A stretch of 64,000 nt of DNA from Utricularia gibba (GCA_002189035.1 NEEC01000009.1:1116001-1180000); one strand, 5' to 3'; positions 36,312 to 48,939 are shown, counted from the stretch's first letter. Notes: generated by a model from the sequence alone, not told the origin. Numbers and translations: made by a program.

Positions 36312-36873
36312 CTTTTTCCTCCGTCAAATCGCTTCCAATATCTTCTCTAGGAACCCGTTTTGAGAAAAATTACCTCAGGGCTCACTCTTCTGGTAGGTAA
36401 ACTTCATCAACTATATACCGATTGCGACAAAGAGAATTCAGAATCATCAATTTCACCCTCCCAAACGAAACCGAAGAACGAGAAATCGAAGGTTTTCAGA
36501 CTTCGATGGAGGGAACTGAGAATTCCTGCGATCGTACCCGAGAACTGAGCTGTACTCCGCATGCCGTGGGGCCCACCGTACCAAATGATCCGGAGGGCCT
36601 GTCGTTGGCCCATCATAATGCTATTAAATGGGCCGTCGTAGTGAAGAGAAAATTCTTTTGGCCCACTAAAAGATATGGGCTGGATTGCCTAAACTCAACC
36701 ATTAACGCCGAACAGGTAGAGGAGAAACTTACTGACAAACGTAGTCGGAACATTTCCTCGGTAGCATCGCTGTTTCTCCGACGCATTTGGGGAATTTCGG
36801 CGGCGAGCCAGCTCTCTCTTCCTACACCGCTGCGACTTCTGTTCATTGCGGAGTTTCGTTGCTATCGGAGAAG

Positions 36874-38783
36874 ATGGCTGCATGTGAGTTGGTTTATTAT
36901 GTAGTTCATTTGCGTGTGTTCCATTTTCGTTTTTTTAGCGGGTAATGTGCCACATGTATTGCCTTGTGATTTTTGGTGTCATGGATCTGTGTTTTCTTGA
37001 TTTGAGTGATTCTTTTCGCTTCTGCTTGATCAAATTTGGTCTATGAGAAGGAACGATGTTTGTGGATTGTGATTGAAAACCAGGAGCTTCCAGGAATGTA
37101 TATTCCCACTTCATTAAAGTGTTTTCGATGTCTTACGGTTGGCATTTTTTGTGTTTCCAGGCACCTTTGGAGCTTCAGGACTTAAAATTTCCAACTTGGA
37201 TCTAATCAATATTAGGCCGAAATTAACTACGTTGGTGCCTTTTCATGGAATAAGGACTCAAAAAGTGATTCAGTTAAACAGCATGGTGTTGCCTGCGACA
37301 GCAAAGAAGGCTGTCATGGAGCGCTCAAGTTTGGGTTCGGGCGCTGATAGTAAGTGGTGTATATATAACAGTTTTTAAATGACGACGCAACCCGGGAATT
37401 TTTCTCTTATTGTACCATACGATTTCTATTTTAGCATTAAGTTAGGGTCACCAGCGTTTTGCAGTCTTTGTTTCTTCTAATCCTTATATATCTATTTTTT
37501 GTAAGTCATAGTGAATGCCAAGCAGGAGGATGAATCCAAGGGATCTGAGAACTCTGATACATCTAGTGTACTCATCCCGAATTCATCTGAGGTTGGTTTT
37601 TCATAATGATAGGCAATGATTTAGATCTCAGCTCAGTAATCTCATTGAGTCTAATAGTCCCAAAAACCAAAATCGACCAAATTTTTGAGATCTCAAAATC
37701 CAGGTTCTTATGTATGTTTTTTTTTTTTTTTTATGCAGGTAGATTCTCTGTTGAGTGTGCTGTGTGACACTACCACAATTTCAGAGCTTGAGATCAAAGT
37801 TAGTATTCATTGAATGCTCTAAATCAATTCCTCTTTATCACATTTTTACCCTTGTGTTGGTACTATGTAATCTTACTTATCCTGTATATTTCATGGTTAG
37901 CTTGGGGGATTCAGGTTACATGTGAGGCGAAACTTGGCTGAGCAGGGGGTACAAATACAACCACCATCCCCTGCTCCTGTGTTGACTGAGCCAGTTGTTG
38001 AAGCAACTCCTGCCAATGGTTCTGCCTCTTCACCATCTCTAGCACTTACAAAATCAACCCTCTCCTCGGGTGGGGTCCAAAGCTTACTTGACAAAGCAGC
38101 AGATGAAGGTTTAGTCATACTTCGATCACCAAGGGTGAGTATCATTTTTCTGCTTTAGAGAAATTTTTTTCTTCTTTTGGTCTCTATGTATTTGTATGGT
38201 GTTATCTGCAGGTAGGTTACTTCAGGAGATGCCGGACAATCAAGGGGAAACGAGCTCCCCTTCTTGCGAAGAGGTATTTGGTTCTCACAACGAATACCTT
38301 GCAATATTAGTGTTTCACATAGATTGCAGGACTTGCTTGATATCTGAGTTTTTCCATTTAACAGAAGGACATGGTAAAGGAGGGCCAAGCACTCTGCTTC
38401 ATTGAACAGTTAGGAGGCGAAATCCCAGTTGAGGTACTGGCCTTCTGATCCAAGTTTAGTCGCTAATAGCACTTTGTTTCCTCCCACAACACTCCAATAC
38501 GTGCACATCATACTCCCCATAGTTGAACTTAAAACCGTGTATCTTTTTTTTTTTTTTTTTCAGACCGAAACTCCAGGAGAGGTTGTCAAGATACTCAAAG
38601 AAGACGGAGGTTGGCATTCTTTCCTTCTCTGCGATGCTTAAAATTTCTGGAAATGCTTATAGATTCCACTCTAAACCTCCACCATGATCAATCCGAATGA
38701 TGAATGTTTCAGATCCAGTCGGCTATGGCGATGCGCTTATTGCAGTACTCCCTTCCTTCCCGGGAATAGGGAAGGTGCAGTAG
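36874..38783 (+). CDS. BADC: Biotin/lipoyl attachment domain-containing BCCP-like protein (BADC, ACCase-associated), multi-exon
   Basis: GGVQSLLDKAADEGLVILRSPR / VGYFRRCRTIKGKRAPPSCEE / GQALCFIEQLGGEIPVE / GEVVKILKEDG / PVGYGDALIAVLPSFPGI. The biotinyl-type domain lacks the AMKLM biotinylation motif. Confidence 0.88.
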
Positions 38784-39543
38784 TCTGCAACCCATGAACT
38801 CCCGGGTCAGCTGCTCTCTTCCTTGACCTTGTCTCGGGGCTGCAACTCACCATTTTCTTGTAGCGTTGTCTTCATGGGAAACCGTCCCTTCGCAATCTGT
38901 TGTATCCTCCGCTTTGCCTTGCTTGCTCCTAGTATGGTATCCATCACTTTTCTCTGTATGCTCATCTGAGAATCCGAAATCTGCGATTTTTAGGTTTGAA
39001 TAAAGAATCTGCTCCATGGAATAAAATAGACAGGCAGTGTCTAGCACTAGTGCCTTTGTCCTCGACGTACTCTGAAGGATGACCCAACTGGCTCCTCCGG
39101 TTTCTTGAAAAAAACAAGTTGTGACAAGAAAAAAAAAAAAAAACTTCTACGTTCCCTTTTTGAATTTGAAGGATCTTTTTTCTCCAAAAATGGGCTTATT
39201 TCAATGCAATTGTGTTGACGTGAAGGCAAGGGCGATGAAGGTCTAAAAGAGTGAGCTGGATTGGGTAGAAAGGAAATGTTATCATTAACTCTTGGGTTCT
39301 AGAACTTGGAGGGGGAGGGGCCGAAATGTAAATCTTCTACTAGAGAGGGGTAAGTATGCAGTCTCGGTTTTTCTTCTCCGTAGTATAAAATACGCTGCGG
39401 GAGGGGGTGCGGAGATTCCTCATCATTCATCAATCAACCGCCTGTTGTACAAAGGCGTCGAAGCGATCTTCATAGCGGAGATCTCCGGCCAATCCAATCG
39501 CTACACGAGTTCGATTTTCCTGCTAGATTCTCTTTTCCTTTGT

Positions 39544-39912
39544 ATGGCAGGTTTACAGAGATCTGCTATATCCTTCAGGAGGCAGGGCTCGTCGGGATTG
39601 GTGTGGGACGACAAACTCCTCTCCGGCGCGCTAAATCACCAAGACGATCCCGCCGGACAGCATCAAGAAGAGATTGTGTCGAAGGCTTCTGGAGTCGCGG
39701 AGAAGGAATCGGCGTCGATTCCGAGTGCATCGCTGGGAATCGAGATTAAAAGAAACAGATCCGGCGGAGTGGGAAGAGGATTTCGGACGAGGAAGATGTC
39801 AGCAGAGATAGAGCCGCCGTCGCCAAAGGTTGCAGTTTGTGGATTCTGCTCTAGTTTTGGCAAAGGCGACAAGGCGCGCCGCCGGCCGCCGAAAGCCGTT
39901 AGGAAGGTGTAG
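39544..39912 (+). CDS. MASS: MAPK substrate in the stomatal lineage (MASS)-like small protein, single exon
   Basis: MAGLQRSAISFRRQGSSGLVWDDKLLSG N-terminal motif and EPPSPKVAVCGFCSSFGK C-terminal motif. Confidence 0.92.
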   Translation: MAGLQRSAISFRRQGSSGLVWDDKLLSGALNHQDDPAGQHQEEIVSKASGVAEKESASIPSASLGIEIKRNRSGGVGRGFRTRKMSAEIEPPSPKVAVCGFCSSFGKGDKARRRPPKAVRKV

Positions 39913-40604
39913 CCTGGTGGTGGGGACAGGGTAAAACGCACGTCGTTTTTGACTTCTGGGTTGTTCCACTTTTGTCTCATACAAGTACTTATCCAACCAA
40001 GACATGCTCCATGTCTTATTTCCATATAAAGCCAATCGCTAATAGTCCATATTCACTGAACATGGACTAAATTATACTCCAAATTAATCCCACATCATCA
40101 TTCTTATCACACACATTCCTTCTAATTCCATCATGTGACTCGCAGATTCTCTCATCTGTTTGCCAACTGATAAGAGCTAATAGCTCCAAACCGAAAGTGT
40201 CAACGTGGCAGGCCAAAAAAGTCAAGTGGAGAATGCAGCCAGCCAGCCACTTGGCCGACCATGTCCTTAATTAGCGGTATGGGTGCTCTTTATCAAAAGA
40301 CTGTTTCAAAAGGCACAATCAGAGGAGCAATGATGCATCAAAAATGGCTCTTGGGATATCATTCAAAGCAAACTCTTTTGGAAACAAATTGTGAGAATTT
40401 CATATTGATTGACGGTGTGACAAGCTTTAAAAAGTGAAGCATTACCATGTGTTCGAGTTTCTAAACAACTGACATGTCCATGCGGTGTGCAAATGGGTTG
40501 CTATTCATTTGTGTCGAGCAAAAGGAGCAACATACAGAGATTCATTTGAGAAGACTAGAGTACCTGTGGAGATGGGGTGGCGCTCATCTGCAAGAGTAAA
40601 CACT

Positions 40605-41734
40605 TCACAGATACTTTCTAGCAAGGGCTCGGACTTTGGTGTCGAAATGTGATGAAGTGATGCGGCTCCCAGGAACGTAAAGTGGGTTGAGAAGAGTCTA
40701 CAATTATGAACAATAGATTAGCAGGCCTTAAAAAATCTCACGTTGATGAATCAGTATTCAGAAAGCATGTGATCGAGCTCACCTTGATATAGAGCTCGTG
40801 GACCTCTTGAAAGAGACTTTTGATCCCATCTTCATTGCGAGCATCATGAAGCAACATCAGCCGAGTATGTACTCTTTGTTAAGAAGAAAAAATTAATGTA
40901 TCGACAACGGCCTCAGCAGGAACCAGACATACAGAAATCATGGTAGGAGCAACTGCATCTAAATGAAAGTCTAAAACTATCCACCATTTCTAGAAGATCA
41001 AATGAACTCTATACTACACAGAAGCAGTGTATCTGGCAAGGATCTACTATTCATTCTGTTCTTGAAAATCATTAAGGATAAGGATGTTTAGTGAACCCAA
41101 AACTCCATAATCAAAAAGCGAGACACATCTATGTTCGTTTCGTGGGCACATAGATCACAAACCACACATCACATACCAGAGTTGATGCAAACCGCTTCTC
41201 CACACCTAACCTATAATCAAATGCTTGACAAAAACAAGCACAATGCACAGACATTTCGTTAAACAAAGGGAAAGAAAAGGATATGACCAGCAGTGACGTA
41301 TACTGATACCGACAGATCATCAAATTTATCGACTACCCTTAGATTCCTGTTTGAGAACAGCAGAACGAAAGGCATTATTCATCAAACACCATTCGCAAAT
41401 CATCACAGGAACATGTCATGGACAAAGAGATACAGAATGAACATTGAATCCATCAAGCAGAATAGCATCTTACATCGCACTTGTAGTCCAAGCAATATCC
41501 TGAACAACATCTAAAGCCGCATGTAAAATGAATTGGTGTTGATGAGCAGCCTCCTCTTTCTACGCAATTAATACCGCAAGCATTCAATCATAGCGTGAAT
41601 GTTTAAAGCATATCTGCGAACTCCAAACGCGGAAATGCAAGAAATCCTCGTACCTTGGGGGCAGTTCCAACCTCGGCTTCGTAAATCGGGATATCATTTT
41701 TGCTGACGATCATGAAGCAAGCCGTGCTCGCCAT
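40605..41734 (-). CDS. TRAPPC2: TRAPP complex subunit 2 (Sedlin/TRS20), 5 exons; missed by the ORF track
   Basis: Exons 41734-41654 MASTACFMIVSKNDIPIYEAEVGTAPK; 41559-41474 KEEAAHQHQFILHAALDVVQDIAWTTSA; about 41347-41285 NLRVVDKFDDLSVSVYVTAG; 40868-40783 HTRLMLLHDARNEDGIKSLFQEVHELYIK; 40697-40605 TLLNPLYVPGSRITSSHFDTKVRALARKYL*. Confidence 0.96.
40869..41284 (-). other. U12-type AT-AC intron in TRAPPC2
   Basis: Donor GGTC|ATATCCTTTT, branch site TTCTTAAC at 40885-40878, acceptor GAGTAC|ATACTCGG. Splicing restores VTAG-H-TRLMLL. Confidence 0.93.
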
Positions 41735-42061
41735 CTTCCTCCCTCCGCTGATTTATCAATTGAAATTCAAAGGAATACCTAGGTTGAATTACCTCAACTT
41801 TAGCCCCAGTGGTGGTGGGTTATTCCGCCACCCTCGTCCCTGCTTGACTGGCAGAAGAAATGACAAAAGCACGCCGGAAACGAGATCGCCAACAATCCAA
41901 AAACGAGAAATGAGAGCTTCCTCTGATTTTCTTCTTCTATCTTAAATCTGGGCCTTTGAGCCCATTCATCATTGCTTTAATGGGCCGTCATTAAAAACAT
42001 AATTGCAGGTGATTAGAAAGCCATCGGTACACGTACTTAACGTAAGCACAGTAGTTTAGAA

Positions 42062-44177
42062 ATGGCGAAGCAGGGATCTTGTTCTTGGCCATTCGTTTCC
42101 GATTATCTCTGGATTTTATTAGCACTTTATGCACGCCCAGATGCCGTCCTTGGCGATGTCTATGATCCCATAATTCAGAAAATCTCATCTTCTCCGACAC
42201 CCCGAAAGTTCATACTCTCAGTATAGATGACTATGGTGCTATTGGAGATGGGATCACTGATGATGCCGAGGTAATGTTTGTTGTTTTGTGAAGGAGCGCT
42301 AGAAAATTGGGTGGTTATTATAGCCGGTGAATGATGCCTGGAGACCTTCTAGGGCTACAAAGATGGCTCAGAAGGTTTCTGCTTTTGTTAGAATAATAGT
42401 TTGGTTGTCTTCCAGAACGGTGGTTAGAGTATGAAGTCTTTCTTCTTTGTTCTGTTTTTTCTTTTTTTTGTGTGTGTGGAGATCTTTCTTTGATGCATTA
42501 AGATAAATACCTTAAATCCATTGTAATTGATGGCACCAGAGTTTGCAAGATGCTTGGAAGGCAGCCTGTTCTTCGTCCACGCCGGTGAGGATAGTGATTC
42601 CGACCCATAAATGTTATCTCATTAAGCCATCTAATTTCTCTGGGCCTTGCAAGTCAAATTTGACATTTGGAGTAAGTGCTAACTGTCTGTATGAACACAC
42701 ACTGGGATGTAATTCTGCAACTTTTGCTCATTCATGATGCCTTGAGTACAGATTTATGGGTCAGTTGTTGCTCCCGATGAACCTGGTGCTTGGGAAGGTT
42801 TAGATTCACGGAAGTGGCTCTACTTTAATCGAGTTGACAACCTTACGGTAGACGGGGGTGGATTGATTGATGGAGCAGGCTACAAATGGTGGGCACAATC
42901 TTGCAAGAATAATGAATCGCAAGTATGTCTTTCTGGTTTGCTTGAACTTCTATTTGTTACTTAAAGGGAGTTGCCACTGAAAACTGTCTGGTTCCTTATC
43001 TTGCAGCTTTGCCTCCATCCGCCTACAGTATGTATTTAAAATTACCAAGCTGCAGCTTATGTTCTATTGATTGCATTTGCTTATGGCTAAATACATCAGG
43101 CTGTGATTTTTCACAAATGCACAAACCTGAAAGTCAGGAGCCTCAGAATGGTGAACAGCCCACAAATGCACGTTTCTTTCTCCCAAAGCGTCCATGTCTC
43201 AGTTTCGCATATAGGAGTTTTGGCCCCGAAAGATAGCCCAACACAGATGGAATCCACATAAGTGGATCCATGCATGTCGAAGTCAAGAATGCCATAATCA
43301 GCACAGGCACCTTTCTCTCTTTGAGACAGCTCTTCCTTCAGCATGCCCATAGAATTTCTTCCCTCATTTCCTATTGTTGCAGGAGATGACTGCATATCAA
43401 TAGTTGGAAACTCGTCACGTATTTCATTGAAGAACATCACATGTGGCTCCGGCCACGGCATAAGGTATGTACAGCTTTTGAAGCCGCCCTTGGTGTTCAT
43501 AGTTGTACTACTAACAGCTTTGTTTCCAGTATTGGAAGTTTAGGAAAATCCAACTCCTGTGCTCTCATTCAGGATGTGACTGTGGATGGAGCAGACCTGC
43601 TTAACACTGCAAATGGAGTCAGAATCAAAACCTGGCAGGTGAGCTCAAAACTCGTTGCATTATTTTCATGAAGTATCCAGATTGATGTCATCTTTTTCGA
43701 CAGGGAGGCAGTGGTTTTGCGAGAAAAATCTCGTTTGGCAACATAACAATGCAAAATGTCTCCAACCCCATTGTGATAGATCAATATTACTGCGACTCAC
43801 CATTACCTTGTCCGAACCAGGTTAACTTCCTCCTCTTCATGCTCCTGTAGAAGGCCCACATAGCTGTTTACACTCTACATGAACCGCAGACTTCCGCCGT
43901 GAAGATAGATGACATCTCGTTCCGGGGAATCACTGGAACATCAGTCAAAGAAGAAGCCATCAGATTCGCCTGCAGCGACACTTATCCATGTACAAACTTG
44001 TACCTGGAAAACGTGCGGCTTGCTGCGATCTCCCGGGCTGTAAGATCATCATGTTGGAATGCATACGGCACTGTCTCCGGCCTGGTCTACCCCCCATCAT
44101 GCATTTCATGTTCTGAACCCGAACTACGCACTCTACACAGATATGAATCTGATTCTGCAGACTCAGTATTCTTGTGA
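42062..44177 (+). CDS. Polygalacturonase (GH28), multi-exon; apparent 1-nt frameshift at 43237-43241; one GC-AG intron
   Basis: Signal peptide; DDYGAIGDGITDD; (S)PNTDGIH after restoring one base; GDDCISI; CGSGHGI / SIGSLG; RIKTWQ / GGSG. Final exon ends ESDSADSVFL*. Confidence 0.94.
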
Positions 44178-44490
44178 TGCAGAAGAGGTTAGTGAGTCCA
44201 ACATTTGTATAAACATTTGTTTATTAAAATAATCTAGAAAAAATTGAAGGTGATTAAATAATGAATTTGTATACCTTGTCCAGGAGTCATGCAAGAACAT
44301 TTATCTTGGATGTGTGAATAGTTTGTAATCCTTGCAAGTTTTGATGTGCGGTTCCGACAAAACTGCTCAAGGATGACCAAGGAATCTCGTTCCGCTAACT
44401 GCGCCATTCCTTGGGATGGAGGTGCTTCTCCGCCTGCAAATTTTCTTTAAATCTGGAACCGCCCAGAAGAAACCAATATCGTGTGTGGAA

Positions 44491-45389
44491 ATGCTGCTGC
44501 GAAGCTCATCGACGCCGATTCTGAATTCTTGGATGACCATTTCGGCATCTGGGTCGTTAACGGAATCCGAGGTGGTGCCCAAGTTGATCAGAACGCGATC
44601 GGTTTGTCACACATCGTCCTTCGATGAATCCTGCAGCAGAGGAGCGACCCCGAATTCGGCCCCGAAGAGGATCACGTGTGATTTCGAGTCCAAGGATTCG
44701 GTGAAGCCCAAGAAGGGTTCTCGGATACGGGCGCTGCCGAAGCCAGGGAAGATACCGGATAGGAGAGATGCCCCAGAAATCGCAGCTTTTTCCATGAATA
44801 ACTCTGCCTCGCAGGCCGCCGCTGCCGCAGCGGTGGGGATTCCCCGGCCCGGTAATGTGTCTGATGAGGCCTATTATCAGATGATGATCAGTGCTAATCC
44901 TGGGAACGCCCTTTTGCTGGCAAATTACGCTAAATTCTTGAAAGAGGTACTATTGAACAGCCAGCATTCTGCATCTTCTTTGAACGATGAAGCTCATAGC
45001 GGCATTGCAGGTGAAGGGGGATCTCAAAAGAGCAGAGGAATACTACGGAAGAGCAATCCTGGAAGACCCAGGAGACAGTCAAGTCCTGGCACTGTATGCT
45101 GATCTAATATGGCAAGCTCACAGAGATGCAGAAAGAGCTGAGGCTTACTTCAACCAGGCAGTAACAACCAATCCCAATGACTGGTAACCTTTCGTGTGTC
45201 TGTACACCTCCTGCTCGAACAATCACGCAATCGCCATTGAAGAACGCTTGCTTCTTGCTTGTTGGCAGCTATGTTCTGGGATCATATGCGTATTTTCTCT
45301 GGGACGCAGACGAAGGCGACGAAAGCAGCACTCATTATGCGCCACTGGAGGCCACCTTTCTGCCACAGCATCTCGCTGCCGTCTCTTAG
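44491..45389 (+). CDS. TPR-like repeat protein, 3 exons
   Basis: MLLRSSSTPILNSW N-terminal motif; YYQMMISANPGNALLLANYAKFLKE / VKGDLKRAEEYYGRAILEDPGD / YVLGSYAYFLWDA. Confidence 0.92.
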
Positions 45390-45431
45390 ATTCAGATGCG
45401 AGAGCCCCTTCTCAGTGTCGCCTTCTTCGTT

Positions 45432-45473
45432 CATGCAATAGCGAGCAGTAGCATGCAATAGCGAGCAGTAGCA
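45432..45473. repeat. Perfect 20-bp tandem duplication in a 3'UTR
   Basis: CATGCAATAGCGAGCAGTAG at 45432-45451 and 45452-45471, plus a partial CA. Confidence 0.95.
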
Positions 45474-46556
45474 CAATATATACAAAATAACATTTTTTTT
45501 TCTAGAATTTATTGTGAAATATAAGGAATCAACTTAAATTCTAACGATTCATACTTATTTTGTATTATATTATAGGTTTGAGACATATAATACTTATAAT
45601 TTTATGTTTTTACCTTATAAGGAAAAAACTTCATCCAAAATTAGAAAGAATTATCTATTTTAACAAAGTTTCTATAAAACAATTTAAATTTAAGATTAAA
45701 TTATTTTTTCATTGAATTATAATATATTTAATTATATTAATATATGTTTTCATATTTTCCTATTATTTTCATATAACTCTACTCAAAGACTCATCATTTA
45801 TTTCAAATCGAGATGATGATAATCACAATTTGGTCAAAATTTATATTTTTAATTATATTTGAAAAATTTAAATATATATTTTTTTAAAAAATAAAATAAA
45901 CAGGAGCCAATATTTGTATTAGAAATTGGATTTGTATTTTATAATAATATGATAATATTAAATAATGGGATGCAGTATATTTTTATTACCATATAATAAT
46001 ATGATAAAATATTAGACTTATATTGTTGTGGATGGAGATGGTTTCCATCTTCAATAGTACAATTACGGCAGTCTAGGGTTTTAGAGAACCCTCATCTTCA
46101 GCATCCTAATATTCTCCTTTCTGCGTCTCCTGCTCTGATCCTCTCGTGATTTGTTATCCGCGGAAGGGTGGGTTTCGTAGAACCCCACTGCGCGTGAAAA
46201 TCCTGGCTGTTGCGGTACTGCACTAAGGTAATCGCTTTTCCTTCTCTAACAATTGAATTTGTGGTAAATTGTGGTAAACGTTCCGATTTTTGGGTAGTTA
46301 TGCCTGTTGAAGTTTGGTGTGGCGATGGGTGGGTTCAAAGGTTTCACCAAAAGGGGAAAGCATATGAACATGCTATATAGTTTAATACTCGTTATGTCAA
46401 AGCTGGGGATTTTCTTAGTTCCTCATCCTATTTCTGTTTTTTTGTGTACGAATACATTGTTTAAAAAGCATATAGTTTGCTCTATATGATTGATTGCGGA
46501 CTGGTTTCATTACGGAGTTGTTCTCAGTGTCGTGTGGTTTTCTGTGGGTATGTAGG

Positions 46557-48569
46557 ATGTGTACAATGGATCAAACTGTCAGGGAGACTGAGTATTTAGG
46601 CATCGATAAAACGCCTAAAAAAGGGCGAAAGAAGAAATCTATGGTCTGGGATCACTTTACTATTGAAAAGACTGGTGATGATTATGCAAGGGCTACTTGT
46701 AACCATTGCAAGAAATCATTTGCATATATTTGTGGTTCAAAGCAAGCTGGGACGAGTCACCTAAAAAGGCATATTGCATTGGGAATATGCCCTGTAGGCA
46801 AGAAAGCTCAGAAGAGAAACCAAGTTGTACCATGTTCACCGGCTCCCAAAGCGAATATCGCTTTGGATGGCAACTTGACCAGAAAGCGTTGCCAAGCTTC
46901 CATTCAGAGGGCTATCCCTTATTTTAATGGAGATGTCTGTTGCCAAAACCTTGCTAAGATGATCATCCAGCAAGACTATCCACTACACATGGTTCAGCAG
47001 CCTGGATTTATCGATTTTGTACAAACCCTTAACCCGAATTTTAGCTTGCCTAGTTCCAGCTGGGTGCAAGAGAAGATTATGGATATTTATCACAAAGAGA
47101 AGCAGAAGCTCTTGGGTGCTCTTAAGTCTATTTCAGGTCATCTGAGCCTCACATTAGATGTGTGGAGGTCTGTTAAAGGTTCAACGTATGCTGTTATAGC
47201 AGGACACTTTGTTGAGCAGGATTGGAAGTTACAGAAAAGAATCTTGAGTGTCATTAGTCTCGAGTATCCTGATTCATATTCATCACTCAGCGAAGCTGTT
47301 GTCTCATGTCTATCTGATTGGAAGTTTGACGACAAGCTTTTAGCTTTATCCATCGATCATTGCTGTGCAAATGAGAACGCCATTGAAAACATTAGGAGCC
47401 TTCTTTCAATAAAGAACTCACTCATCCTTAATGGTCATCTATTACTTAAAGACTGCTATGCTTGTGTACTGAGAAGTCTTGCAGTGGAAACCCTGGGATA
47501 TATCAGTGGTATAGTGGAAAAAGTCCGTTATATTGTGAATTTTATTAATGCTTCTAAAGATCATGAAGAAATGTTTATCGGACTGAAGCAAAAGCTTCAA
47601 GTGCCAAGTCTAAAGACTTTGGTCAGTGATGATATTTTGAGGTGGGATACGACCTATCTGATGCTGGTTTCTGCTTGCGAGTTGAAGGAGGTGTTCTCTT
47701 GTATGGATGCTTATGATGATGCAGACTACAAGTTGACTATATCAACTGAGGAATGGGAGCATGTTCAATCTGTATGTGACCTTTTGAAGTTGTTCTATGA
47801 TGCAGCCAGAAAACTTACTTCACCTCAGTACCCAACAACCAACATGTTCTTCCATGAAGTTTTCAATATTCATTTTGAATTGATGATTGCTGCTGTGAGA
47901 CCAGATCCATTTGTTAGTAACTTGGCATGCCCATTGCATGAAAGATTTTCCAAATATTGGGAGGGCTGCATCGAGGTTTTAGCAGTTGGCGTTGCAATGG
48001 ACCCTAGATTTAAAATGATGCTTGTCGACTTCAGCTTCTCTAGGATTTATGGTGAGGCCTCCACATCTTACTTCAACATGGTTAATGATGGTCTTCATGA
48101 GCTCTTTCTAGAGTATGTTGTGCAAGCCCTTCCACCGCCTACTTTTGTGCAAAAAGAAAGTGATCCCCTGGTGCCAAGAGAGATGCCGGAGATAGATATC
48201 CTTCCTTCTGCTGATAACTTCGATGATTTTGACATATACATATCTGATTACACGGTGGAGCAGCATTTAAAAACAGAATTAGATCAATATCTAGAGGAGC
48301 CTTTATTGCCCCGTTGTCAAGATTTCGATGTTCTAGGATGGTGGAAATCCAACAGATCTAGATATCCAACCCTATCCAAACTTGCGGCTGATGTATTGTC
48401 TATTCCAGTCTCCACTCTCTCGGGAGAGTCTGTGTTTGATACTCGACAAAGACAGTTAAGCAGTCACCGGAGCATGCTGAGCAGCTCGATGCTACAGGCA
48501 CTCATCTGTGCCAAGGACTGGCTTCAGCATGACTCTTCTTCAGATGCTCCGGACTTCCATTCAGAGTAA
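46557..48569 (+). CDS. BED zinc-finger hAT-transposase-derived protein (DAYSLEEPER/RICESLEEPER-like), intact 670 aa, with a 5'UTR intron at 46228-46555
   Basis: NLS PKKGRKKK; BED finger SMVWDHF...CNHCKK...GTSHLKRHI; hAT core SLTLDVW, LSIDHC, RWDTTYLML, MDPRFK; dimerisation domain ELDQYLEEP...VLGWWKSN...YPTLSKLAADVLSIPVST..ESVF. No TIR/TSD found. Telo-box at 46074. Confidence 0.93.
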   Translation: MCTMDQTVRETEYLGIDKTPKKGRKKKSMVWDHFTIEKTGDDYARATCNHCKKSFAYICGSKQAGTSHLKRHIALGICPVGKKAQKRNQVVPCSPAPKANIALDGNLTRKRCQASIQRAIPYFNGDVCCQNLAKMIIQQDYPLHMVQQPGFIDFVQTLNPNFSLPSSSWVQEKIMDIYHKEKQKLLGALKSISGHLSLTLDVWRSVKGSTYAVIAGHFVEQDWKLQKRILSVISLEYPDSYSSLSEAVVSCLSDWKFDDKLLALSIDHCCANENAIENIRSLLSIKNSLILNGHLLLKDCYACVLRSLAVETLGYISGIVEKVRYIVNFINASKDHEEMFIGLKQKLQVPSLKTLVSDDILRWDTTYLMLVSACELKEVFSCMDAYDDADYKLTISTEEWEHVQSVCDLLKLFYDAARKLTSPQYPTTNMFFHEVFNIHFELMIAAVRPDPFVSNLACPLHERFSKYWEGCIEVLAVGVAMDPRFKMMLVDFSFSRIYGEASTSYFNMVNDGLHELFLEYVVQALPPPTFVQKESDPLVPREMPEIDILPSADNFDDFDIYISDYTVEQHLKTELDQYLEEPLLPRCQDFDVLGWWKSNRSRYPTLSKLAADVLSIPVSTLSGESVFDTRQRQLSSHRSMLSSSMLQALICAKDWLQHDSSSDAPDFHSE

Positions 48570-48939
48570 TGCCTTCTGGATGAGACGGTGATGCAATTTT
48601 GCTCCACCCCTTTCACTTAGATGCATATAGATTAATAAGACTTTTTCTTGGATATTTTCTTGCGAAGTCAGGGAACGTTTGTTGTAGCCATCTGATAGTT
48701 TTACTAGCTTCAGTTTTAGGTGGTTTATCATGTTTGTAAGAGTGGCATCGATTCATCAATGGGTATCTAATTATATTTGTTCATTTGCTGGTTCCTCCAG
48801 TTTAATTACGCAATGAAATATCTTTTTGTATGGTCAAGTTTTTTCAAGCAAGGGAAAAAACAAACTCCTTACAGATGAATAAATCCTAGGAACTTCAAGT
48901 TCCCATGGTCGGAGCTGCTGCTTCATTTCTTTCTCTTCG

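Noticed and set aside
38847-39047. Minus-strand ORF containing NLKIADFGF, resembling a protein-kinase DFG motif
   Set aside because: No other kinase subdomains (no HRD, activation-loop GT..Y or APE). The region is the antisense of the U-rich BADC 3'UTR, so a chance match is most likely.
40750-40850. Apparent box C/D snoRNA on the minus strand (ATGATG...CTGA)
   Set aside because: It is TRAPPC2 exon 4 (LMLLHDARNEDG...) plus flanking intron. The boxes are coding coincidences.
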